Assembly (NCBI RefSeq): GCF_006345805.1
Contig: NC_043015.1
Location: 10,292,001-10,356,000, forward strand
Source of the DNA: Octopus sinensis
Lineage: Eukaryota
Length of the DNA: 64,000 nt
Direction of reading: 5' to 3'
Under the pieces are notes generated by a model. That model did not search any database, had not been told where the DNA came from, and worked only from the letters and a program-made list of their open reading frames with translations. Below are positions 14,432 to 26,269 of this stretch, in pieces. Both the position numbers and the translations under genes were made by a program. Positions within the stretch are counted from its first letter, which is position 1. Each line of letters opens with the position of its first letter.

Positions 14432-14740
14432 GTCACCCTTTCCCACCTAGTCAGGTTCATGGGCCCGGTTTTCTGGTTTCTGTGGCGTATGTGCTTTGCC
14501 CCTAGCTGAAAGGGACAACAGCCTATCACAGCGTTACGCAAGAAACAGGGAGAGAGAGAGTGAGAGAAAGTTGTGGTGAAAGAATACAACAGGGATCGTC
14601 ACTAGCCACTGCCGGAGCCTCGCTGAACAGTTTAGGAGTTTTCGTTCAATATACACACACAACGCCCGGTATGGGAATCGAAACAGCGATCCTCCGACTG
14701 CGAGTCCACTGCCCTAACCACTGGAACTTTGTGCCTCCAA
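14432..14740 (-). mobile_element. tRNA-derived SINE, family 3
   Basis: Homologous to 29863-30163 (CAGGTTCATGGGCCCGGTTT...GGGAATCGAAAC...CCTAACCACTGG). Confidence 0.85.
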
Positions 14741-14829
14741 CACACACACATATATATATATACATAAATATACATACAAATATATATTTATACTATACAT
14801 ATGTATATATGTATGTGTATCTATATATA

Positions 14830-14901
<72 letters not shown>

Positions 14902-15059
14902 CATATATATATCAAACTAAATCATTGAACAAGCAAATACAAAGTCAACCGCATTTCATAATTCGAACATTTAATTACAGAATAAACATATAACCCGCAA
15001 GATGGAACAAAATTCATATGTACAGCACGTAATAATAATAATAAATGCTGGATTCAAAT

Positions 15060-15323
15060 ATACTGCTTTCACTCTTCTTATTATTTTTCAAATCAAGGAA
15101 GAAGGCTCGCCATCTTAGCCTGTTGATGAATTCCGTAGTTCGGTGGATCAATGATTCCATGTATAAATTGTTCGAGGTTATGGGAATGTTCTTTGTGGAA
15201 AAACCTAGACAATGCTTAATCATTATGCAGCCTATATGATATTTTTGTCTCTTCCAATAGAGCACTTCTATTGCAGTCCTATTAAACCTCTTTTGTTCCT
15301 GTCAAGAAACAATTATTGTATCG

Positions 15324-15330
<7 letters not shown>
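15060..15330 (-). mobile_element. 5' end of a Penelope-like element ORF (remnant)
   Basis: Translation LGFSTKNIPITSNNLYMESLIHRTTEFINRLRWRAFF matches the xNxSxKNIPIP...FIKRMRWKAFF N-terminal motif I associate with GIY-YIG Penelope-like retroelements. Confidence 0.65.
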
Positions 15331-15399
<69 letters not shown>

Positions 15400-15400
15400 A

Positions 15401-15556
15401 GTAAATAAATGGAGTTGAACGAAGATGTTATTAAAATTCTTTTATTTCCGACATATGTTTCGACATATGTTTCGAAGACAACATTGGTTTTATTCGAAAC
15501 ATATGTCGAAAGTAAAAGAATTTTAATAACATATTCTTTCAACTCCATTTATTTAC
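15401..15556. repeat. Fold-back palindrome (~60-bp arms), probable inverted Penelope pseudo-LTR junction
   Basis: GTAAATAAATGGAGTTGAA...GACATATGTTTCG mirrors CGAAACATATGTC...TTCAACTCCATTTATTTAC. Confidence 0.85.
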
Positions 15557-16101
15557 GTATATTATACAAATACTGCACATTAACCCGGAGTTTCTACCTT
15601 GGAATAGGTCGCTCCCTCCGTGTTACTTGCGTGAATTTTTCTACATTGGTAACTGTTTATTGTATTTTCTATGTTAACGGTAAACAAAGGATAATTCATT
15701 CATCCATTTACACACACACACATACATATATATGTATATATATATGAAGGAAGAGAGGCGACACATAAATAAATGGTTAATTTATGTCATTCATAACTGA
15801 GGCTCTAATGAGGCAATGGGGTTCTAACTAGGCATGGAATTATGATTCCACAGCATCTTAAACGTAAGCTAATGATGTTCATAAGATAAGCATTTATTAC
15901 ATTTTCATCTCTCTTGCTTCTAACCGCTCTATAGTAGGCTAACCTTTAATTATGAAACATACGCGTTTCAGTTTGAAACACGGGTATTAGTATTGATAGA
16001 GAGATAGATATGCATATATATTATATACATATATATATTATATATGCATATATATAATATATATAGGTATGGTATGTATGTATATGTATATATATTTATT
16101 A

Positions 16102-16132
<31 letters not shown>

Positions 16133-16152
16133 ATATATATATATATAATCTA

Positions 16153-16535
16153 GGCGCAGGAGTGCTGTGTGGTAAGTGGCTTGCTTACCAACCACATGGT
16201 TCCGGGTTAAGTGTCTCTACTATAGCCTCGAGCCGACCAAAGCCGTGTGATTGGATTTGGTAGACGGAAACTGAATAAGAAGCCCGTCGTAATAATGTAT
16301 TATATATATATGCTGTGTGTGTGTTTGTTTGTGTTTGTCCCCTAGCATTGCTTGACAACCGATGGTGGTGTGTTTATGTCCCCGTTACTTAGTAGTTCGG
16401 CAAAAGAGACCGATAGAATAAGTACTGGGCTTACAGAAGAATAAATCCCGGGGTCGAGTTGCTCGATTAAAAGCGGTGCTCCAGCATGGCCGCAGTCAAA
16501 TGACTGAAACAAGTAAAAGAATAAAGAGTAAAGAG
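16153..16535 (+). mobile_element. tRNA-derived SINE, family 2
   Basis: Co-linear with 6711-7122, with a short internal deletion. Confidence 0.85.
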
Positions 16536-16570
<35 letters not shown>

Positions 16571-17223
16571 GAGAGAGAGAGGTACAAGGAGAAAGAAGGT
16601 AATTAGTCATTCTTAATTGATGTAGAGGGCGTGCAGACAATTATGCAGGCTTGGCCACAGATTCTCCCTGATTAAAATTTCATATTTTTTAGCTTTTTTA
16701 ATAAAATCAGATGGAATGAGCAGCATTACACTTATTATTATTCTATTTGTCGAATGATGTATACATTTATAATTATTTTCATACTTTGTTATTTTCAAGT
16801 TCCTGCGTACTATGGTTTTTTAATTATCTTTCTTTTTATTTAGTCTGTTATCAGCTTCCCCATCCTAGAAGTTCCCTTCATATTGTCTTTCTTTATTAAT
16901 TAATTCCGTTCGATATATTCATCAGTTTCTTCTGTAATTACATAGACGTTCCCCCGTCAATTATTCGTCCCATATACATCCGCCATACCTCGTATATTTT
17001 CAGCCTAAAACTTACCAGTATACTAAAACACTGATATATTTTTCTATTCTTTATTTTTTTTCTGAAAATGAATATTCATAATGAGACGTTTAATTACAAA
17101 TTTATAAAAGTGAATTTGAATTCTATTTCTTTCTTTAGAGAAATTACTTCCCGTTAAATATTTAGAAACAAATTTACCCAAAATCACATGTACTCATATA
17201 TGTACATTTATAATATCAATGAA

Positions 17224-17285
<62 letters not shown>

Positions 17286-17399
17286 ACATATATATACAAT
17301 ATATATATATATATATATCAACATATATATATATATATCAACATATATATATATACATATATATATATACGTTTATGAATTTCTGCTGCTAGATTGCTC

Positions 17400-18580
17400 T
17401 TGTGGAATCGTGGTGCTTGAAGTACATATTGTTATATTTCTGGACGGGCATACTTATTTCTCTTTTTTTGCCAACTTAACACGTGCACTATATATTTGTT
17501 CTTCACTCGTTTCCTACTCTTTGTGTTTTAAGTGAAGTCCATTGTCAGGAAATCTTTCGTTACACACGGTGATCTATTCACGGAGCCTCTTCGTCCAAGT
17601 ATATCCTCCTGCTCCGCTTATTCCATTCTGTCCTTCTATGACGTGTATCCTTGTCTAAGGATGCGTTTGCGCCTGTATTTGAGTATGTGCATGTATGTAC
17701 GTTTGTGCACGTGCGTGCATGTGCGTATTCGTGTCAATGTGAATCTCACGTGGGCTTACGCGTGTATATATAGGCTTATAAACTATACTGTTCATATCCG
17801 TTCCCTTTATATTGGTATCATTATCGTCGTCGTTCTAAGTGGTTACCCTTCCCTCACCTAAGATGACCCCCTGTTGCTGCTGCCTCTGTTCTTCAACCTT
17901 AATTTTGATATTATTCTTGTTTCTTTCTGTGTTTGTGTGTTAGTTCATGTTGTTGTTATTGTTGTTGCTGCTGTTTTTGCTGTCGTCATTGTTGTAGCTG
18001 CTCGTCTTGATGTTCTTGCGGCCATTTGTGAAATTACTGCGTGTTCATATGTGTACATATTTTTGTTTATATGTGGTTTATTCCTGTGCCCTTTATATGG
18101 TTTTATTTCCCACTTTACTTATCTATCTCTATTATATTTATCATAAGTATGAGCATGTTTGTCTTTTGTGTGTATATTGCACTCTTTGTAAATGCCTTTC
18201 TGTCTTTAGTCGTTGTGTTGCGTCGTGTGGTGACGGTGTGTGTTATAGTTCCATTCGTGTTTTCTCTTGAGGTTGGGTATATCTGGTACTATGTGAGTGG
18301 CCTCTGTAAATTCTCTAAGTACTGTTTCACTTCTATGCGCTAATAATACCTTAAGTTATTAACCGTGCCTCTATATTCTGCTTGACGAGTCTTCCTTCTC
18401 TTTGAGATCGTGCCAGAATCGCCTATTCGCTCCCTTATGCAGCGTACCTTCTCCGAAATGCAAGCTGTTGTCTTCTTTATGTTCCGTCTCCCAATACACC
18501 ATAAGATATAGACACCATTCCTAATTTTACAGTTAACCAGTGGGTTGATCTTATATATTATAGAATTGTTTTCCATTCAT
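17400..18580 (-). mobile_element. Decayed Penelope-like element remnant (GIY-YIG region plus non-coding part)
   Basis: Minus-strand YKINPLVNCKIRNGVYILWC followed by a frameshifted IGET-like stretch resembles the CxxxNVVYxIxC...YIGET motif. The reverse complement of 17538-17642 matches 19110-19143 joined to 20326-20410. Confidence 0.45.
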
Positions 18581-18597
18581 GGGGATCTATGGAAAAT

Positions 18598-18962
18598 ATA
18601 AGTTCTGCACATCAGGGATTTTATAGGGTTCCAGGCCTTTCTACTACTTTATTCCGTAGATTTACCGTATCTAATGCTTGGCTAAAAATGTATGCTATTT
18701 AATTCTATAGGGTCGCACATGGGGGACACATTCATCAGAATGAGGCATGTATCCCGCATTTTTAAGTCAGAAAGGATTAGGAGAGAAATAAGGCCATCTC
18801 ATTGTACGACAACAAAAAATACCAAAGCCTCGTATTTGTTGATGCTAAACTTGGCAGTGAACTAGCATACCTTTTTAGAAGATGATTAGATACGATAAAT
18901 CAACGGATTAAATTTGTAGAAAGTCCTACAGCCCTATAAAATCTCTGATCTGTAGAACTTAT
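18598..18962. mobile_element. MITE with ~80-100 bp imperfect terminal inverted repeats
   Basis: Left ATAAGTTCTGCACATCAGGGATTTTATAGGGTT...GTATCTAAT versus reverse complement of right end ATAAGTTCTACAGATCAGAGATTTTATAGGGCT...GTATCTAAT. Confidence 0.85.
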
Positions 18963-19143
18963 TGCTTATATGTCTTTTCCTTCAGTGTAGTGGGTAAGTC
19001 CATATATACTCACCTAAGTACACATGGAAAACACGTGCAAAACACCTAGACACCGCGTACGCACACTCACACTCATACACACACAGCCATGTTCACACTC
19101 ACATACAGATCATAGAAGGACAGAATGGACTAAGTGAAGGAGG

Positions 19144-20317
19144 GGATCTTTTCTATTCTGAAGCCAGTTTTTTCAAATTTTTCCTACTGAACCAAACAAT
19201 TTGAAACTTCGTATACTGGTAGAATGTGTCAAAAGTAAACTTAATTGTAAACCAGAATGAAAACGGAATTGTAACTTCTAAGTTTAACGTTGTTTAATAA
19301 TTAGAATTTTAACCAATGATATTCCGTCATTCGGCTTTATTTTATTTACTCCGTCTCGACCACCAATTTCGTGACGTATTAAACAATGTAAACAAGCTAT
19401 AGTCAGCCACCTTCTAATAACAAAAGTTTGTCTTTGAAGTTACCGTCTAGGGGAAGCATTGATGTACATGTGTGTGTGTGTGTGTTTTTGATGGGGTGTG
19501 GGAGACAGTATGTTGTGTAAGGGAAGTGCTTCTGTTAGGTGTGTGAAGAGACGAGAGAGTAATGTGTGAAAGAGAGAGATAACTGAAATTTTTTACTCGG
19601 TGTATGTGTATGCCTGAATGTATGTGTGTATGTATCTGTGTATGTGTATGTATGTATGTATGTATGGCCGATTCAATGTAATTTTTACACATACTTCACA
19701 ACACACACACATACATACACACACATGCAGGCATACACATACGCCGAGTAAAAAATTATATATATATACATCATATATAGTATATATATATATATATTAA
19801 TTTATAAAAATATGGTAAAGTAAAAAAAATTACTTAACCACACACCGAGCTTTTTAGAAATAGCAGCAAAAATTTCTCAACTGCAAGAAAAAGTCTCCCA
19901 GACCATGCATACTCGAAATAATTCACATACGTATAAGAGAAAAACACGAAACATCACATGGACTCTCCGATATATGTTATAAAAATATGGATTCTCCGAT
20001 ATAATTTATAAAAATATGGTAAAGTAAAAAAAATTACTTTACCACACACAAAGCTTTTTAGAAATAGCAGACGTCACAAACTGCTTTCAACGTCACACTA
20101 ACAGATCGCGAGTAACGTTTTAGATATGAAAACAAGCAATCTCATTGGTTAAAATTCGCAGTTTTAATCTACGATTAAAGTCATAAAATAGATTTTTCTC
20201 AAATAAACTAGTTCCAACTGGCGAATAAACTAGTTCCACTCTATGAGTACACAAAGTTTCAAATTATTTAGTTAACTAGAAAGATCTGGGGTCCTGGCCA
20301 CAAATTTGAAAAGATCC
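19144..20317. mobile_element. Non-autonomous DNA transposon, Merlin-like (GG termini, 8-bp TSD)
   Basis: TIRs GGATCTTTTC / GAAAAGATCC. Perfect flanking direct repeat GAAGGAGG at 19136-19143 and 20318-20325. Subterminal inverted AATTTGAAACTT / AAGTTTCAAATT and ATTTTAACCAATGA / TCATTGGTTAAAAT. Confidence 0.8.
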
Positions 20318-20860
20318 GAAGGAGGAAGATACACGGGGACGGAAAGGGTCGCTAAGGAAATCACAAATATGTGACGAAAGATTTCGGGACAATGGGCATC
20401 AGCTAAAACAATAACAGTAATGCATGACAGAGGAACGAATATGTAGTAATGTTTTAATTTGCCCCCCACCCCCCAAATATACCTTTGTTCAATGAATATG
20501 AGAGATGAAGCTCGGATAGCATCGAAAATACTTTCATACAAAAGTACAAAGCAAGACTTAACAAGCTTTAACAGAGTACATACACAAATAATTATTCACT
20601 CACAAAACTGATTCTGATACTTAACATGAGCGACCTACACAGCTGACAATCTAAATTTTCGCCACTGGGCTACACACAAACAAGTACTGCCCTCTCTCAC
20701 ACGTGATAGAGTAAATTTAGAGTGCCTTGATTGTAACTGAACATGGTCACTCAAGCGTGTCGTCCTTCATATATAAATCCTCAAAATGAGGAGTAGATAT
20801 ACAGCCAACAACTGATGAGGGTTCCTTTCTCGGTATTAACACGTCCTGTTTTCCAATGTT
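20318..20860 (+). mobile_element. Decayed Penelope-like 3' end
   Basis: ENTFIQKYKARLNKL* (about 20524-20571) resembles the E..FI..x.P.LN C-terminus of the GIY-YIG domain; CTGATGAG lies downstream at about 20812. Confidence 0.4.
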
Positions 20861-21227
20861 TCTCTATTTAACCCGTTTATTTAACCCGGTATTTAACCCG
20901 TTTATTTACGTATTTCATGTTGTTTGTACAATTGGTGACGTCCTGTACCTTTATATATATATATATGTATATACACACACACACACACACATACAAACTT
21001 ATCTTTTTTTCTTTTGGTCCCCTCTCTCACATTTTCTAGCTTTCTCTTCATTTCACCTTCCCTTCCATAAGGCTTCACACCCCCGCACACGCTAGCTTAA
21101 TTTAATTGGCCCTTAGTCGAATGACACTTGTTGTTAATGTCCTGTTATTTGCATTTGTATATGTGTACCTTTTCTCCGATTTTTTTTTCGTCCTTGTTTT
21201 CGTATACATTCGCTATTTTCATCCAAG

Positions 21228-21306
<79 letters not shown>

Positions 21307-21310
<4 letters not shown>

Positions 21311-21590
21311 GTCTGGGGAGAGTCATTCTGTTTTAGTACCTTATTATTAACACACTCACCGGTAAAATTTCCACTTATTTCGTCTTTTCATTTTCCTAAA
21401 ATTTTCGATTGAAAAGGTTGCAAGACGCAACGAAAATTTTAGAAAAATAAAAAGACGAAATAAGTGGAAATTTTACCGGTGAGTGTGTGTTAAGAAGGTA
21501 CTAAAAGAGGATGACTCTCCCCAGACACAACAGAATATGCTTCAACACATGAACTCATAAAGAATCTTGCAAACCAAATCCAATTACGAT
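21307..21590. repeat. Fold-back repeat (~100-bp inverted arms) with unique tail, Penelope-like
   Basis: 21307-21407 is the near reverse complement of 21431-21530. Further family copies lie at 2075, 7496 and 21640-21820. Confidence 0.9.
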
Positions 21591-22329
21591 ATATATATAT
21601 GCATGTGTGTGTGTATTATGTATGTATATTATACTTCGATTTTGTATCTGGTTTGCAACATTCTTAAAGTGAATTCTTGTGTTGAAGCAAATTATGTGTT
21701 TGAGGAGAGTAATATTGTCTTAATGCCTTATTATCTAGTGCACTTACCGATTAGATTTCCACTCATTTATTATTTATATTTTTGTCTTCCCAAATTTTCC
21801 TTAGTTTTGCAAATTTGGCAATGAATATTGAGTGCATCCTTTATTGGAGTTGCTTAGTCTGTGCGCATTTTGTCTGCGTCAGCGGTAAGGTATGATTGTG
21901 TATGCACATAAGTATGTATGAATATCTGTATGTATATATACTTTTATATGCGGTTGTGCCTGTATATTTGTATTTTGCATGTTTATGTGTTTGTGTGTGC
22001 GTGTTTGTGTGTTTGTATGTATATATGTCTGTGTATCTGTGTTTCTGTGTGCTTCTGTCTTTCTGTGTGCGTGGCTTAGTATGTGTGTACATATAATCAT
22101 GTGTTTCCGTCACCTGGTCTGTATGTGTTTGTGTGTGTGCGTGTGAGTGTGCGCTTTTCTGTCCGTATTACCTACGTAACTATCTATCTACTTACATATA
22201 TACCTGTTTACCTACATATACATTTAACTACCTACACACGCACATCCACACCCACACACACACATATATAGATATAGTTGTCTCCATAAGTACCAGCAAA
22301 TGTACTTATGTTTGTATCGGGGTATTTAT

Positions 22330-22560
22330 TATTTAATACGAGAGACGTTTCATTTGTGTGTGTGCTTCCATACTGGTCATTGGAATGATGGTAGATTATG
22401 GGGACTGCTTTTCGTTATCATATTGCCTCAAGTTCGCATTTAATATATCTGCAATACTTCTAGATATTTCTCCAATGTATGCCGTGTTCTTTTCTTCACA
22501 AGCACCCCTATGCACTTTATGCTGTTGACAACATTTTTAGTAGTAAAGTCAATGCCCTGT
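22330..22560 (-). mobile_element. Penelope-like GIY-YIG endonuclease fragment
   Basis: Minus strand DFTTKNVVNSIKC, frameshift, then ACEEKNTAYIGEISRSIAD, matching the NVVYxIxC...YIGETxR motif. Confidence 0.6.
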
Positions 22561-22673
22561 TTAAACTTATATACCATGCGGTTTTCATTACTGCATGTGG
22601 TATCTTCGAAGTAGTATGAACTTCATAACTTCGATGTGATGGAACTCCCTCGTTATATATATATATATATATA

Positions 22674-22825
22674 GGCTTCTTTCAGTTTTTACCTAATAAA
22701 TCCATTTACAAGGCTTTGGTCGACCCGAGGATTTAGCAGGAGACACTTGCACAAAGTATCACGAAGTGGGAATGCACCCAGGGCCATGTGGTTGGTAAAC
22801 CTGCTATTTACCACACAGCCACTTC
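22674..22825 (-). mobile_element. SINE family 2, 5' part
   Basis: Reverse complement matches 6715-6870 (GGCTTCTTTCAGTTT...AAGGCTTTGGTCGACCCGAGG...AGACACTTGC). Confidence 0.8.
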
Positions 22826-23220
22826 TGTATGTATGAGTGCATTTATGTATATATAAATGTAGGCATATATCTATGCTAAGAGGATGTTGAGTAATCATAT
22901 ATACGTATATATGCATATGCGTGTGTATATATATGCACATGGGTGTATATGTATTTATATATTTATGTATATTCATACATGTTTATGAGTATGTAGTTAA
23001 ATGTATATTCATACGTTTTAAATATATTTTATATATTATATCTTTTATTTTTCTTTACCATGCCTATTAGCGTAACTTCCATTTGTTCAACGGTTTTATT
23101 CTTATACCGTTCTTGTCTTAATAACTGATGAAAAGTGTGTAGAAATATTTCTGCGCCGGTATTTGTAACTACGTGTATTAATATGACAATTTACGGACTG
23201 TCTTATACTATATATAGGAC

Positions 23221-23266
<46 letters not shown>

Positions 23267-23361
23267 TCCTCTATTTACAAAATATTGACGTGTCATTCAT
23301 TCTTTTGCTGTCATAGTATAAATATATATATATACATATACATATATACATATATATTATA

Positions 23362-23411
<50 letters not shown>

Positions 23412-23414
<3 letters not shown>

Positions 23415-24213
23415 TAAATAAGTGGTACGACGAGGCAACAATATTTACTGGAAAATAGCAATCGTAATAAATACGACGCTATTGTATAGCTTCACTGCGT
23501 ATATACTAGCAAAGACGTGTGTGTGCAACAAACATTCAAAAAATTGTCTTACCTCTAGGAAGAACATCTGGAAAATGGAAAACCTAGAAACGGATAATGC
23601 AGTACCGGTGTCAGACTCTTCAAATACGTTTGACAGTGTAGATTTGATCTGTCTTCATCAGCTGCATATACCTGGACAAAATTTCAAATGTTGCCACATC
23701 TATGCCAGTATACTCCTATGAACGCCTAAACGTTAAACAGAACCAGAACAATGAAGAAGTTTAAATGGAAATGATATTGCAATACGAAAGTATTGCTTTC
23801 CAGTAAAATATAGCCCGTAAGGGTAAAATTATACATATAAAAGTAAATAAATAGTACAGCGAGACTTCGTTATTCACTGGAAAATAGCAATCGTAATAAA
23901 TACGACGCTATTGTATAGCTTCACTGCGTATATACTAGTAAAGAAGCGTGTGTGCAACAAACATGAAAAAAAATTGTCTTAATTCTAGGAAGAACATCTG
24001 AAAAATGGAAAACCTAGAAACGGATAATGCAGTACCGGTTTCAGACCCTTCAAATACGTTTGACAACGTAGATTTGATTCGTCTTCATCAGCTACATATA
24101 CCTGGACAAAATTCCAAATGTTGCCACATCTATGTCAGTACACGCGTCTGAAGGCCAAAACGTTAGCAGAACGAGAACAGTGAAGAAGTTTCACTGAAAA
24201 TAATAATGCAATA
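23412..24213. repeat. Tandem duplication of a ~429-bp unit (second copy cut short by microsatellite)
   Basis: ACTGGAAAATAGCAATCGTAATAAATACGACGC begins at both 23447 and 23876; homology is co-linear with scattered substitutions. Confidence 0.95.
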
Positions 24214-24269
24214 TATATGTATGTATGTATATCACTATATATAGACAGACACACAAACTGGCAGACAGA

Positions 24270-24291
24270 ATATAGACAGACAAATAGATAA

Positions 24292-24343
<52 letters not shown>

Positions 24344-24433
24344 GTAGATAGATAGATAGATAGATAGATATATAGATAGATAGATAGATAGATAGAGATA
24401 TAGAGAGATAGATAGGTAGATAGATAGATAGAC

Positions 24434-24478
<45 letters not shown>

Positions 24479-24507
24479 TAATAGATAGATAGATAGATAG
24501 ATAGATA
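24270..24507. repeat. (GATA)n microsatellite; similar tracts at about 36115-36330 and 40335-40580
   Basis: Read directly from the sequence. Confidence 0.95.
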
Positions 24508-24892
24508 CTCAGACATGCATAGACTTCTTTGTATAATGGCCATTAAAAGAATCATGCAGAATTATTGCCAAACTGAAATGAAGTTAGGGCTCACACATTT
24601 CCTCTCCAGAGACGTATTTTACCGTAACAGAATTTGGTTCGTATTCGAGTAACGTATGACCGTTCCTGAAATTTAATGGGGCTCTTCTTGTCGCCAACAA
24701 ACCTATATTCTTAGTTCATTGGAAATGTCTGGAGACATAAATTTTTAATTACCCGTGTGTCTTTATAGTGTAACTTAGTCTTTGCATTTTACTCATACAG
24801 AAAACACGACTCGGTGGACCAAGACATCGCAAAAGTAAAACTAAGTTTTCTTTTCATGTTTATCTCAGTTAATATTGACATATATATATATA

Positions 24893-25187
24893 TACTAAGC
24901 AATAAAGGGTTTAGCAACGAATTGCCTTACCACATACCGAATTTAGAAATAGCAGTCAAGAGTTATAGCTATTCCTTCTACTAAAAAGGGAGATCTCAGT
25001 AAAAACAGCAATTGGAAGGCAGACACAAACAGGTATTCTCTCTTACCTGTTTGTGTCTGCCTTCCAATTGCTGTTTTTACTGAGATCTCCCTTTTTAGTA
25101 GAAGAAATAGCTCTAACTCTTTGACTGCTATTTCTGAATTCGGCATGTGGTAAGGCAATTCGTTGCTAAACCCTTTATTGCTTAGTA
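24893..25187. repeat. Near-perfect palindrome, ~143-bp arms with an 8-nt loop
   Basis: TACTAAGCAATAAAGGG...CACAAACAGGTA [TTCTCTCT] TACCTGTTTGTG...CCCTTTATTGCTTAGTA, with only a few mismatches. Confidence 0.95.
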
Positions 25188-25279
25188 TTACTTAAATTCT
25201 CCTCGAATGAGGCTTTTACATGCCGAAGACTACTTGGTGTAATTGATAATTATTCCAAATTAATTAATTTCACCCTTCA

Positions 25280-25310
<31 letters not shown>

Positions 25311-25329
25311 CATATATATATATATATAT

Positions 25330-25671
25330 AAAGGGTAAAGACCCCCTTCGGTCATGAGTGACCATGGGTTTCCACCTAGAGAGTTACTCTCTGAGGCACA
25401 AGTCTGGGCAAGGTTGTTTTTATGGAAGACCAGCAGTCGCCCATGCATACCGGCCTCCCCTCTCCACGCCACCAGTGTTATCCAAGGGAAAGACAAAGGT
25501 CGATACAGCTTGGCACCAGTGACGTCGCAACTCATTTCTACGCTGAGTGAACTGGAGCAACGTGAAATAAAGTGCTTTGGCTCAAGAACACAACACGCAG
25601 CCGGTCCGGGATTCGAACCACAACCTCACGATCGTAAGCTCGACGCTCTAACCACTGAGCCTTACGCCTCC
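25330..25671 (-). mobile_element. tRNA-derived SINE, family 4
   Basis: Minus-strand head GGAGGCGTAAGGCTCAGTGGTTAGAGCG...GGTTCGAATCCC with clear A and B boxes, followed by a non-tRNA body; lies between TA tracts. Confidence 0.85.
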
Positions 25672-25934
25672 ATATATTATATGCATATATATATATATAT
25701 ATACATATATGTATGTATATGTATATATATGTATATATATATACATATATATATATATATTTATATATATACGTATATGTATATATGTACATAGTATATA
25801 TATATGTATATATATATACATATATATATATATATACGTATATTATACATATATATGCATATTATATTCATATATACATATATATATATATATGCATTAT
25901 ATATACATATATATATACATATGTATATATGTAC

Positions 25935-25996
<62 letters not shown>

Positions 25997-26269
25997 CATT
26001 CGTAAATTTATAGGATGGTGAATACTTTTCGGAATTTCCTTACCAGTGGCCTAGCATGGATAAAAAGTCAATAGACAACAAATTCAATATAAAATAGTGT
26101 ACGTGTAAACACAAGACAAAATTACCTTTAAGAGGTAATTTTTACACGCTAGAAGAAGCAGTCAAAACGAACAAAAACACATTTTAAGAGCAATTTTCGA
26201 AGGGAATGAAAAATAAAACTTTTTCCTTCTTATTTACGGTCATAAGCATGACCATAAATAATAACACTC

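Noticed and set aside
25590-25671. tRNA-like sequences here and at the other SINE heads
   Set aside because: They continue into SINE bodies and lack a complete cloverleaf, so they are not called as tRNA genes.
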